The notes: generated by a model from the sequence alone, not told the origin. A stretch of 63,699 bases of DNA, filler included, from Aduncisulcus paluster (GCA_024181965.1; 22 parts of 22 records of this genome joined end to end with filler, not necessarily neighbours in it), one strand, 5' to 3'; positions 37,342-52,515 are shown, counted from the first letter of the whole stretch. Numbers and translations: made by a program.

Positions 37342-38774
37342 TACAAGCAACATAGAGAACATCAGGGGAGAAGATCCTTGGTTGAACTGCACAAAAGAGA
37401 TCCAGGAAAGGATTCTGTTCTTTGACTTTGTTACGGGTCTGGGTAATGACACAGTGACGTTTGTGTGGGAATGAAGCAAAGAGAGGTGGTATGAAGACAG
37501 AAGCTTCGGATTCATACTCAGGATTCATGACATAGAGCAAGATATTAAAGGCCGTAGTCTCATCTTGTGGAACTACTTCTGACTGAGCAATTGAGAGAGC
37601 TGAGGTGAGAGGAACCTGGGACATACCATCAACAGATGACATGGGGAATCCACCACCCATGCGAGGATCATTGAAATCATGTTCAATGGCAAATTCATCT
37701 TCGTACATCATGCCGCCACCACCAAAATGAGAGCCCATGCCACCAGGCATAGGACTGTGGCCAGCTTTAGTCATTGAGGTCTTCAAATACGACTGTGGAA
37801 TAAAATAATTGAATTCTTCACATATATGAAAATGTGAAACATCGCGTAAGTCGAGCTGGTTGACAGCAACAACACATCCAACGACATCTTTGCCTCCAGG
37901 ACCAGTTCCATCAACCTCAGCAACAAGAACAGTGATATTTTCATCTCTTTCATGAGCATGGACTAACTGGGCCACACCATATTTCCTAACTCCTTCCAAT
38001 TGCTCAGGAGCATACATTTCAAACAATGGCAAAATATCATCGTTATCTTCTACTTTTGCAGCCCTAATTGTAACCTTTGGAAGACATACATCACGGTAAA
38101 TGCAATATAATTCAAATGAATTCTTCTTATTGATAGGGGCATGCGTTGCAGATAATTTGGCGCTTCCACATGGCTTACAAAGCAATTCAAATGATGGATT
38201 AATCTCATGTCTTCCTGGAGGAAGCAATAATAATATGTTATCGATGTGAGGCATAGTGCTAAAGGCTGTACGCAATAATTCAACAGAATCTGGTTCATGG
38301 ATCGGCGAAGTGACGAAATAATTTACAAAGACACTATTTCTTTCATTTATAAGTTCTTCTGGATAGTATTTTGCAATCCATTCACCCCAATTATTGGGAT
38401 CAGGAGGCCCAGCTGCTTCTTTATCTAAAATCATTTTTTGATCTGATTGAGGCTGGAATATTGGAGTGTTATCGGATAAAAATAATGCGGCAACGACATT
38501 ATCAGCACCATCAACCAAACCTAAAGAGAGTAAACAATTCTGTCTAAGAAAAAAGAGAAAAAATATCATAATAAAAGGTAAACATCAGCAAATTATTATT
38601 ATAAACAAATAGATCTCAATGAATAAATGTATTATATTGCAAAAACTTGTCTACATACCGGAGAAACTCAATAGAAAGATGAGAGCCTTCAAAAGCAGCT
38701 AAAGAATGTTCTTTGATCAATTTTTCTAAACTTTCTATATGTTTTTCATCTATTCGTGTGATATCAAAGTCCAT
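37342..38774 (-). CDS. CFAP61: Cilia/flagella-associated protein 61 N-terminal region, two exons (38774-38659, 38543-37342), 3' partial
   Basis: IRAAKVEDNDDILPLF, LLRTAFSTMPHID, AFNILLY..FPHKRHCVIT; splicing gives FLR|QNCLLSLG. Confidence 0.75.
38544..38658 (-). other. 115-nt GT-AG intron in CFAP61
   Basis: GTATGT donor, GCTGAT branch-like motif, pyrimidine tract, TTAG acceptor; frame restored. Confidence 0.85.
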
Positions 38775-40010
38775 GACTGAACTTTTTGCAACAAAGAAAG
38801 GCGTAACGAGCAAGTGATACGAATTCGATTCTTTAAGCTATATGCGCAGCTAATACTTCCAATTATTGAAATTAACAAATAATTTTATTAATGATTATTA
38901 TCCCGATTTCTTTCGATATAACACGGATCAGATGATATGTTAAACTATCGTTTATTGAGCTTGAACCACAATTACAGTATCTCATTATAATTTATTCGGT
39001 GGAAACTTTTCGATACATTTTGACTAATTAAAATGTCTTCTGAGTTATAACGATAATTGGCCCTGGAGATTAATTTCTTTTGTTTTGGTCGGTACTATTA
39101 AGATCAAAATATTTTATAACTATTAATGGATTATTATATATGATATTAAAAAATATAAAACAGTACCTATTGATATAAGGCCTTATTTCGATGAGAATGA
39201 TTTAGTTCTCTGTGTGATCTATCTGTCACAGATTATTTCGTCACTTAAACGATATATACATTTATATTTTTTCAAAGGTGCTATTTTTGATACATTTTTA
39301 TGTGCTGAAGTGAGCTATGATAGATTGAAGAAATTTTGTCAGGAGAATTCGACCTTTGTACTTGTGCAAAATATGTTATTCATGACAAGCATCCCATCAT
39401 TATGGGGTGAAGTGAAACTATATTGTTGGAAGTGTAATTGCTCTATATCCTACACGAATACAGCTCAATCATTTACTTCAAAAATCATTGAAGAATCCCA
39501 TTCTCATCGGCATTACTATCATCATGTGGAGCTATTGAAGTATATAGATAGTATTTAAAAAGCTCAAATGTGCCCTTCTCAGTTTTATTCAAGAACTTCT
39601 TGAGTTTGAAACTCCATTCTGAACCTATCACGTTCGTTTTGCATACTTGCATGTTTTGGAAATTATCATGACAAAAACAACCATTTTTACACTCATTTAT
39701 TGATATTTTATCATTTAATCGGAGAAATAGATTCCTCAATCAATAATGAAAAATGACATTTCGGTTCCTCGTTGTTCCCTTCATTCTATTTCCACTTTCT
39801 AATAATTTTTGATTTTATTTTAATATTTTAATTCATAATTTATGTTTAAATTTAAGTTTATTCCCTTATTTCCTTTCTTAACGAACTTTGGACTATTTCA
39901 CACTTCGACTAAATTACTCTTTCTGACAACGGAAGTGCACTTTAGCTCTAGGTTATGGTATCTTTTTTACAATGTTTTCTTGACAATCATTTGTTAATAA
40001 TTACAAAACA

Positions 40011-40555
40011 ATGAAACTTTTTACTATTGTTGTTGCTATATTAATGGCAATTGCTTTCTGTCTTGATAAGCAGGCCGTTGTTGATATGATCAACTCTAAT
40101 CCTGACTCCAAGTGGACTGCCAAGGTCTACCCTCAATTTGAGAGCAGGACTCGTGAAGACTGGCGTAAGATTCTTCTTGATGACATTGAGGTTATTGGTC
40201 TTCCTCAAGTTCAACACGTTGATTGTGAAGTTCCCACTGCTTACGATGCTCGTTCCACCTACCCCGACTGTACTGCCCTTAACACCATCCGTGACCAGGG
40301 TCAGTGTGGTTCCTGCTGGGCCCATGGTGCCAACGAGGCTCTTTCTGACCGTTTCTGCATTTCTTCTGGAGGTGACATCAACGTTACTCTTTCCCCCGAG
40401 TACTCTGTGTCCTGTGACACTGGTAACGACGGATGTGATGGAGGTTACCTTGACGTGGCTTGGGACTTCTTCAAGACCACCGGAACTGTCCTTGACGAGT
40501 GTTTCCCCTACCCTGAGGAGACCTACCTTCTCGGAATTGTCCCTGCCTGTCCCAC
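40011..40555 (+). CDS. Cathepsin B-like cysteine protease (C1A), 3' partial
   Basis: Signal peptide, propeptide, RDQGQCGSCWA, SDRFCI, GCDGG. Confidence 0.95.
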
Positions 40556-40654
40556 NNNNNNNNNNNNNNNNNNNNNNNNNNNNNNNNNNNNNNNNNNNNT
40601 TAATTAATTAANNNNNNNNNNNNNNNNNNNNNNNNNNNNNNNNNNNNNNNNNNN

Positions 40655-40913
40655 NCCTGCAAATGCTATGACTACAATTTATACTGAAGATTCAAATGCG
40701 ATTAGAAAAATTCTAAAAGAGAAATATGATTTAAATATTGCAGGTGGACAAGATCACTTAAAAGGTAAAATATTTAGAGTAAATCATATGGGACTTGTTG
40801 CTGATTATGAAGCTTCATGGGCTGTTAATGCAGTTGAGAAAGCTTTGGATGATTTAGGTATTCGTTCTTTTGATGGAACAGCGAATAGAGTATTCATGGA
40901 AATAAACAGTTAG
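40655..40913 (+). CDS. Class V aminotransferase (serine-pyruvate/alanine-glyoxylate type) C-terminus
   Basis: IAGGQDHLKGKIFRVNHMG. Confidence 0.88.
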
Positions 40914-40915
40914 TT

Positions 40916-41867
40916 ATGATTTTTGAACATGAAATCCCAACAGGAAGTAGACTCTACTTTGGTAAAATTGCAAAATTAAAAAGAACATTAGAAGATACTT
41001 CAAGTGTTTTTTTAGAAGAGAATGGATTTGAGGAGATTATCACTCCAAATTTTTCATATTCTNNNNNNNNNNNNNNNNNNNNNNNNNNNNNNNNNNNNNN
41101 NNNNNNNNNNNNNNNNNNNNNNNNNNNNNNNNNNNNNNNNNNNNNNNNNNNNNNNNNNNNNNNNNNNNNNNNNNNNNNNNNNNNNNNNNNNNNNNGCTCT
41201 TATTACTTTAACTGATGAAGTAAATAATAGTTTAGCACTTCGAGCAGATAGTACACTAGATGTTGTAAGAATTATTTCGAAACGATTAGGAAGAGCAACA
41301 ATACATAAAAAATGGTTTTATATTCAACCTGTATTTACTTATCCTGCAAATGAAACATACCAAATAGGTGTTGAGTGGATAGGTCATCATTGTGTAAGTG
41401 AAATCATTAATTTAAATTGTCAATTACTTGAAAAAATAGAAATTGAAACTTTAGTTCAAATAGCAAATATTAATATTCCTATGATAATCTCAAAAGAATA
41501 TGATATTGATATTGAACTTTTTAAAAATGGTGAGATTGGTGCATTATTCGAATTGAATTTTGAATGGTTGACAAAACTTATAAGTGTAAAAAATGCAGAT
41601 GAGTTAGAGGCAATACTTGATATACTACCAGATTGTCTTCATGCAGAGTGCAAAAAATTAATCAATATAGCAAATAATGTAAAATATCACAATGTAAATA
41701 TTTCTCCTATTTATTATAGTGCGATGAAATATTATGATGATATATATTATAGAGTTATTAAAGACCACTTAACAATTGCAAAGGGTGGTGGATATAAAAG
41801 TGATGGAATTAATTCACTTGGATTTGCATTATATACAGATAATTTATTAAAAGTAATTGAAGGATAA
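40916..41867 (+). CDS. hisZ: ATP phosphoribosyltransferase regulatory subunit (gapped)
   Basis: MIFEHEIPTG, LRADSTLDV, YQIGVE, GGGY..GFALYTD; upstream of purA. Confidence 0.85.
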
Positions 41868-43367
<1,500 letters not shown>

Positions 43368-43380
43368 GGAAATCATAATT

Positions 43381-43670
43381 ATGAAACTAAAAAAACAACA
43401 TAGCCCTTATATTGCAAGAAAAATAACGAAAGATATTGTTAATTCAACTTTTATTGAGGTACGAAAAGAAAAATCATTTATCACAGCAGAATGTGAAAGA
43501 ATTTTAAATGACGATATCCAAAAAGAGATTAACTTAGATGATGCAGTTGATGAACTACTTGAAAAACAAGAAGATGAAATCGAATTTTATAAAGCTGATT
43601 ACAGACAACTTTTTTGGATGACAAAAAAAAGAATGGCAAATGATTTTGGAGTGAATTTAAATTTTGAAGA
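43381..43670 (+). CDS. DUF507-family protein (3' partial)
   Basis: HSPYIARKI..LFWMTKKRMA; follows purA as in Campylobacterota. Confidence 0.7.
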
Positions 43671-43770
43671 NNNNNNNNNNNNNNNNNNNNNNNNNNNNNN
43701 NNNNNNNNNNNNNNTTAATTAATTAANNNNNNNNNNNNNNNNNNNNNNNNNNNNNNNNNNNNNNNNNNNN

Positions 43771-44964
43771 CTGGCGGCTATGGTTATGTCTGATAAGCTC
43801 CGTAAAGTGCATTATGAAGAGCTGAAACTGGACATTAACACAGTCGATACGGACTATGACAACATGTGCGGTCAGACTTACATAACAAGAGTAGAAGAAG
43901 TAAGACCTGTAAAAGTGGCGATGGGGGTCTCTGAATTGGAATTTCAAGAGGTTTGGCAGTCTGTTTTCAATCATCCTATTGTTGAGGAAAATCCAAAGCT
44001 GAAAAATGTAGGCATTCTTATATTTGATAATGTTGAAGCACAGGACTTGGCGGGTGTTTTCGAGGTTCTCGGCGCAGCGAGGATGAAATCGAATGCAAAT
44101 AAGCCTCAGTTTAATGTCTTTACAGTGGCGAAAAGCCTTGATCCAATAAAGTCGACGGCAGGACCGCCGGTTCCGGGTTCCAAGGAAANNNNNNNNNNNN
44201 NNNNNNNNNNNNNNNNNNNNNNNNNNNNNNNNNNNNNNNNNNNNNNNNNNAGTCCAAGTATATGACATCGGGCGGCGTACACTGCGCCATAGCCCAGGCT
44301 GTGCATATAGTGGAACTTGTTCAGGGTCTGGAAGCGGCTCAGGCTCTTTGTAAAGACGTTCTTGAGTATACGATTCCAAGAGGCCGTTACAGCATTCCAC
44401 CTGAGTTTCCACAGCCGCGCCACATGGACCCAAGAGATTTCGTTCTTGGTTTTTCACACATCAATGTTATTATGGCAGACCTGAAAATGATGGAAGAAGC
44501 AACAGCCTTCTATAAACGCGTGTTAGGCTTTGAAGAGGCTTGGACTTTATGGCTGCCNNNNNNNNNNNNNNNNNNNNNNNNNNNNNNNNNNNNNNNNNNN
44601 NNNNNNNNNNNNNNNNNNNNNNNNNNNNNNNNNNNNNNNNNNNNNNNNNNNNNNNNNNNNNNNNNNNNNNNNNNNNNNNNNNNNNNNNNNNNNNNNNNNN
44701 NAAATTCACTACCATAAGACGAACGATGTTGGGGGCATTCGCCATGTTGCACTGGAAGTCAATGACGCTGTAGCCGCATACAACTGGCTCAAAAATCAGG
44801 AAGGTGTTCGTATGATCAAACCAGTTCGAGAAGGATATGGGCCGCCTCAAAGACTGACACCGGACCCACAGACATTCTTCTACTGGCTCGATCCATATGG
44901 AGTTCAGTGGGAGTTTGAACAAGGCAGACCGATGGAACGTGTTATTAACGGGATTGTCGGATAG
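43771..44964 (+). CDS. Multidomain protein: nucleoside-hydrolase-like C-terminus + DJ-1/PfpI + VOC/glyoxalase (5' partial, two gaps)
   Basis: LAAMVMSD..GQTYI..PVKVAMGV..F; VGILIFDNVEAQDLAGVFEVL..TSGGV; FSHINV..FYKRVLGF..RHVALEV..DPYGVQWEF. Confidence 0.7.
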
Positions 44965-45486
44965 GCAATACCTAATATTATGAAGCTAGAATAAAAGGGC
45001 AGGACAGCGGNNNNNNNNNNNNNNNNNNNNNNNNNNNNNNNNNNNNNNNNNNNNNNNNNNNNNNNNNNNNNNNGGGTCAAGTGGGTGGTTTAACAAGTCA
45101 AATACGAGCACTATGAGGGCGGAAAACCAGTTACCAAGTGCGAAAGAATACGTGAATTCGACATGAGAAGAACAGAAAAAGATAAAATTCAGTAAAAATA
45201 GTTGCAAATAGTGGAGTTTGAAAACCTTTTGATATATAATAAAGTAGATGTGGAGTCTTAAAATGAGCAGAAACCAGTTATTTCAATAGTTTGAAGGAAA
45301 TTTGGACCTGTTGATTTTGACACTGTGCATTTATTGGAAATAATGATAATTTGCGGTAATGAATCGCTTAGAAAAGCTAGATGAAANNNNNNNNNNNNNN
45401 NNNNNNNNNNNNNNNNNNNNNNNNNNNNNNTTAATTAATTAANNNNNNNNNNNNNNNNNNNNNNNNNNNNNNNNNNNNNNNNNNNN

Positions 45487-46648
<1,162 letters not shown>

Positions 46649-46649
<1 letters not shown>

Positions 46650-47914
46650 CAGTCCCGGTACTTTGCGCTCGGAGGTGCGGGCGCGGGCCCCAGCACGCTC
46701 AACCACTTGCGATACAAGGCATTCCAGGTTCCGTCGCGGCGGATGCGCTCCAGGGTGCGATTGACGTAGCGAACCAGATCGGTGTTCTCCAACTTGATGC
46801 CGATCCCGTAGGGCTCGTCGCTCATGTTCGGCCNNNNNNNNNNNNNNNNNNNNNNNNNNNNNNNNNNNNNNNNNNNNNNNNNNNNNNNNNNNNNNNNNNN
46901 NNNNNNNNNNNNNNNNNNNNNNNNNNNNNNNNNNNNNNNNNNNNNNNNNNNNNNNNNNNNNNNNNNNNNNNNNNNNNNNNNNNNNNNNNNNNNNNNNNNN
47001 NNNGACCTGTCGTTGCTGCAGTGCTACAAGGCAATCGGCCCAGGTCACCACCGAGATGATCACCGGGGGCGGTTCGATCTGCGAGAGCCGGTTCAGTGAG
47101 GTGGTGCCCCGTGCGGCGCACACGCGCCTGCCGGAGAGGTCCTGCGCGTTGGTGATACCCGAGTCGCGGGCCGTCAATATCCGTTGGTAGTTCATCAGAT
47201 AGACGGACGAGAAGTTGACCTNNNNNNNNNNNNNNNNNNNNNNNNNNNNNNNNNNNNNNNNNNNNNNNNNNNNNNNNNNNNNNNNNNNNNNNNNNNNNNN
47301 NNNNNNNNNNNNNNNNNNNNNNNNNNNNNNNNNNNNNNNNNNNNNNNNNNNNNNNNNNNNNNNNNNNNNNNNNNNNNNATCAGATAGACGGACGAGAAGT
47401 TGACCTCCTTGCGGCGCTCGCAGGTGATGGTCATGGTCTTCACCACGATGTCGACCGTCGAGTTCTTCAGTGCGGCGATGCGATCCGCGGAGGACAGAAT
47501 CCGGTACTCCACCCGCTCGGGCGTACCGAAGATGTCGCGCGAGACCTCTCCGGCGATATCGACGTCGAACCCGGTCAGCTCGCCGGTGATCGGATCGCGG
47601 AAGCTGAACAGGTTGCTGCCGATGTCCAGCCCGACGACCAGACGTCCACGCTTGCGGATCGCCGCTACCGCCTGGTCGTTGGCGGCCCGGTCGTTGGTGG
47701 GGCGCAGGCTTGCCGTCGGGTCGCATGAGGTGTCGACCTTGTCCAGGAGCGCGCGGTTGGGTTCCTGCTCGGTCATTTCCGCGGGGGTCGGCCGCGGCAC
47801 GGTCAGCTGCGGCAGCGGTGTGGAGTTCTCGGGCGTCGAACATCCGGCCAGCACCGCCGCGGTGAGCGCCAGCGCTCCGAATCGGTGGCCCCAATGCGCC
47901 ATCGCGCTCATCAT
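46649..47914 (-). CDS. glnH: Glutamine/aspartate-binding lipoprotein GlnH (gapped)
   Basis: Lipobox LAGC, GFDVDIA, TMTITCER; between glnX and pknG. Confidence 0.9.
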
Positions 47915-48274
47915 CGGTACTCGCTCAGTCGCGGCCACAGGCCGACCCCTACGCATATCGCGCCACCCACCGAAAGGATCAGCGCGCCCGCGGGTGACAA
48001 CGTCAACGCGCGCTCGGCGTTGAGTATCCCCGACCGCAGCTGGCGGCGGCTGTCCTGGACGGCGTTGCGCAGTGACGCGTCGAGGCTGTCGAAGGCGGGC
48101 GTGGAATCCGATTCGCTGCTGCCGAGAGCCACCTGGGTCGCGGCCTGGTAATTGCCGACACCGATGTACGCGTTGATCCGATCATCGGCCTGCCGCCACC
48201 GGGTGAGTAGCTGCTGCGCCCGCTCCAGGTCCGCGCGGGCGATGGCGTCAGGGTTCGACAGGTATTCGCCTATC
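47911..48274 (-). CDS. glnX: GlnX (Rv0412c-like) membrane protein C-terminus
   Basis: Ends GLWPRLSEYR; glnX-glnH-pknG order. Confidence 0.85.
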
Positions 48275-48374
48275 NNNNNNNNNNNNNNNNNNNNNNNNNN
48301 NNNNNNNNNNNNNNNNNNTTAATTAATTAANNNNNNNNNNNNNNNNNNNNNNNNNNNNNNNNNNNNNNNNNNNN

Positions 48375-48522
48375 CAATGAAAATATTTCCTTCAAGTGTA
48401 CAATTATTTCCAATCTTTATATTTTTACCTAGCTTTACATTCCCTTTAATAGTATTAAAATTTCCAATGGAAACTGATTTGTCAATTTCCACTTCAATTA
48501 TATTAAAATTGTTATTGGTCAT
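48375..48522 (-). CDS. Hexapeptide-repeat acyltransferase N-terminus (WbpD-like)
   Basis: VSIGNFNTIKGNVKLGKNIKIGNNC. Confidence 0.75.
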
Positions 48523-49558
48523 TAATAGCCTTTAGTGAGATAATACTATCTTCTATAGATGCGAGTACATTATTAGCTTTCTCACTATTAACAAATTTGA
48601 TAAATTCATTTAATTCAGATAATAATGGCTCACCTTTTTTTACAAAACAATTTCTTGTTACAAATGAGTTATTAAGCTTATAATTAGAATATTCTATTAG
48701 CTCTTGAGACATCAAATCTGCTTCAAAATAAGCATCTTTACAAGCAACCTCTATTTTTCTTTTTTTAAATGGAGTTAGCCAGTTTGTAGTAATTGAAACC
48801 ATTATTTTATCTTCTAGTNNNNNNNNNNNNNNNNNNNNNNNNNNNNNNNNNNNNNNNNNNNNNNNNNNNNNNNNNNNNNNNNACAAGAAATAATTGCATT
48901 ATCTTCATGTTGATTATGTATTTTTTGGGATTTGTAAATTGTTTTATTTATGATCTCTTTACTTGTTATAAATCGTACAAGATCTATATCATGCACTCCT
49001 AAATCAGTTAAAATACCACAATCTTCATTTCTAGGTAAAAATGGACCAACTCTTGTAATGTCTATGCTATATATCTCTCTATCTTTTAATTCCATTTTAA
49101 GGGCTTTAACTACTGGATTAAATCTTTCGATATATCCAACTTTTACTTTTACTTTTTTTTCATTTGCTTTTTTAAAGATATTTTCTGCACTTGATACATT
49201 AATTGCAATAGGTTTTTCTATAAGCAGATGTATAGATTTGTCTAGGCATTTAACAGCAACTTCTTCATGAAGTGTAGTCGGTACAGCAATAATTGCTATT
49301 TCTATTTTTTCATTGGCTAACATATCATCCAAATTTATATAAGTTTTAATATCATAATCATGACTATTGATCATTGGATCACATAAACAAACTAAATCAA
49401 TATTAGGTAGGGTTCTTAAAATTCTATAGTGATNNNNNNNNNNNNNNNNNNNNNNNNNNNNNNNNNNNNNNNNNNNNNNNNNNNNNNNNNNNNNNNNNNN
49501 NNNNNNNATAGTGATTTTTCCCCATTGAACCAAGTCCTATTATTGCTATTTTATTCAT
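48512..49558 (-). CDS. Gfo/Idh/MocA oxidoreductase (WbpB-like), gapped
   Basis: MNKIAIIGLGSMGKNH, IEKP, ERFNP, DLGVHDID. Confidence 0.9.
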
Positions 49559-50017
49559 TATTCACACCTTTTATTACTATACATTGTTCCTCATTTGTTA
49601 AAAAAGCAGAAAAAGGTAATGCTATTATATCTTTAGATATTCTTTCAGAGACAGGGAAATCACCCTCTTTATATCCTAATTCTTTAAATACAGGTTGTAA
49701 GTGCATAGGCACAGGATAGTATATAGCATTTGGTATATTTTTAGAGTTTAATTTATTTATAAAACTCTCTCTATGTTTTACCCTTATACAATATTGAGCC
49801 CAGACACTTTTAGATTCTTTTAAAATAGTAGGAATAATAACATTTTGTAAGTTTTCATTATATCTTTCTGCAATTTTTTGTCTAATCTCAATCTCTTTAT
49901 CATAATATTGTATTTTTACATTTAGAATTGCAGCTTGAATTGAATCAAGTCTTCCATTTATCCCTATTTTTGAGTGAATATATTTTTCTGTTTGCCCATG
50001 ATTAAGAAGAACTCTTA
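49551..50017 (-). CDS. DegT/DnrJ/EryC1 aminotransferase C-terminus (WbpE-like)
   Basis: GINGRLDSIQAAIL, SVWAQY, YYPVPMHLQP, LPFSAFL. Confidence 0.9.
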
Positions 50018-50117
50018 NNNNNNNNNNNNNNNNNNNNNNNNNNNNNNNNNNNNNNNNNNNNTTAATTAATTAANNNNNNNNNNNNNNNNNNNNNNNNNNN
50101 NNNNNNNNNNNNNNNNN

Positions 50118-50865
<748 letters not shown>

Positions 50866-50884
50866 CGAACAGCAGAGGCGGTGA

Positions 50885-51319
50885 GTGGTGGCCGAAGACG
50901 ATAAGCCTGGGATTCTCGACCGCTATCGCGCACGATTTCCCTGGTTCGACCACATCATGCGCATGCAGGAGCGGTACGGGAAGGTAAACGGCAACTTCTT
51001 CGCCGCGGGAATCACCTATTTCACCGTCTTTGCGCTGTTTCCCCTCATGATGGTCGCATTCGCGGCCATGGGGTTCGTGTTGTCCCGGCGGCCGGACACG
51101 ATTGCGGAGCTACGTGGACGCATCAGCGGCGCCATCTCCGGCGAGGTAGGTAACCAGCTAATCAATTTGATGGATACCGCGATTGCCTCGCGCACCAGCT
51201 TGGGTATCGCAGGTCTGGCAACCGCGGCCTGGGCCGGGCTGGGCTGGATGGCCAACGTGCGGGCGGCGCTCAGTGCCATGTGGGAGCAGCCCAACGACTC
51301 GGAGAACTTCGTCAAGGGC
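50885..51319 (+). CDS. YihY/BrkB (YhjD-like) inner membrane protein (3' partial)
   Basis: AAGITYFTVFALFP; follows mycobacterial trpS. Confidence 0.85.
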
Positions 51320-51419
51320 NNNNNNNNNNNNNNNNNNNNNNNNNNNNNNNNNNNNNNNNNNNNTTAATTAATTAANNNNNNNNNNNNNNNNNNNNNNNNN
51401 NNNNNNNNNNNNNNNNNNN

Positions 51420-51553
51420 TAAGTGCTGGAATGATATGTTTGGATAATGATTCGTTTAAAGCGCCCTCTTTAGTACTATGATAGTGTTGATTAAACTGAG
51501 TACTAAAGAGAGTATTTGAACCATCTTTAGTTGATATAGGTTCTATGCTTCAA
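51420..51553 (-). CDS. MnmC/MnmD-type tRNA methyltransferase N-terminus (start unclear)
   Basis: TKDGSNTLFSTQFNQHYHSTKEGALNESLSKHIIPAL. Confidence 0.75.
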
Positions 51554-51869
51554 TCTCTTTGAGTTGTTTTTTAGTAAGAAGTAATTTTTTATTGTTCATA
51601 ATTCCTACCCCATTTTTAACAACAAATAGTGCAGTTTTTTTCGCACTTTTTAATGAATGCATATTATATGTACCACATTGGTATAAGTTTAACTCTGGAA
51701 TATCAGCTTCACTTTTCACTTTTAATACATCTTTCATCGCTTTTACTGTAGCTTTTGCAACATCTTTCTCAGATGGAGTTCCTAAACAGCTCATATAAAA
51801 ACCAGTTCTNNNNNNNNNNNNNNNNNNNNTCTTTGTGTGATCTACTTTAAAACTATCTAATAATGGCAT
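51543..51869 (-). CDS. luxS: S-ribosylhomocysteine lyase (gapped)
   Basis: MPLLDSFKVDHT, RTGFYMS, QCG..MHSL. Confidence 0.95.
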   Translation of the reverse strand: MPLLDSFKVDHTKXXXXXXXRTGFYMSCLGTPSEKDVAKATVKAMKDVLKVKSEADIPELNLYQCGTYNMHSLKSAKKTALFVVKNGVGIMNNKKLLLTKKQLKEIEA

Positions 51870-51902
51870 ATTTAATCCTTTTGATTTTTGAAATTATAAC
51901 AT

Positions 51903-51933
51903 AAAAAAACCTAAGGGTTTTAAACCTTAGGTT
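51903..51933 (-). terminator. Intrinsic terminator after ccoG
   Basis: AACCTAAGG/CCTTAGGTT stem with a T-tract on the minus strand. Confidence 0.7.
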
Positions 51934-51969
51934 GTAATCTTGAATTTTAAGATATAGAACTTTAAAAAA

Positions 51970-52515
51970 TTATTTTAAAGGTTCTAACTTATCAGCTCGT
52001 GGATATATAAAAACAGCTTTTCTGATTACGAATACAACATCAGGATTTTCTTTTGCATACGCTTTTAGAGTTACTGTAATAGGTGTATCTTTTGTAAAAT
52101 CATTTACTAATCTCTCTTTAGTTGAAAGTTGAATTACTTTTTTTACCATTTTATTATGTGATAATTTGAAATCTGTAAATTTTTTAATCTCAAATTTGTC
52201 AGCATATTTCCCAATCACTTCTATAGTATAAGTGTAGTTTTCTCTTTGTGTATTTTGGAATAATAGTAAAAAGTTATTGATTACTTCATTATTATCTTTT
52301 ATTTTGTAAAGTTGAGTTGTTTTATTGATGTTTAATAACATATACTCTTTTTTCCCACCCATAACAAATAACATACCAATGATAAGCAGTAAAGCAATAC
52401 CGTACATAATTGTTTTACCACGGATTAATTTTGTTTTGTTACCTTTTATAACCTCATTAGTACTTGACCATTGAACTAAACTTTCTTTGCCTAAATTACC
52501 CATAACGGTTGTACA
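51970..52515 (-). CDS. ccoG: CcoG/FixG cytochrome oxidase accessory protein C-terminus
   Basis: CTTVMGNLGKESLVQW, TM helix, Ig-like tail ending FIYP. Confidence 0.75.
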   Translation of the reverse strand, partial: CTTVMGNLGKESLVQWSSTNEVIKGNKTKLIRGKTIMYGIALLLIIGMLFVMGGKKEYMLLNINKTTQLYKIKDNNEVINNFLLLFQNTQRENYTYTIEVIGKYADKFEIKKFTDFKLSHNKMVKKVIQLSTKERLVNDFTKDTPITVTLKAYAKENPDVVFVIRKAVFIYPRADKLEPLK

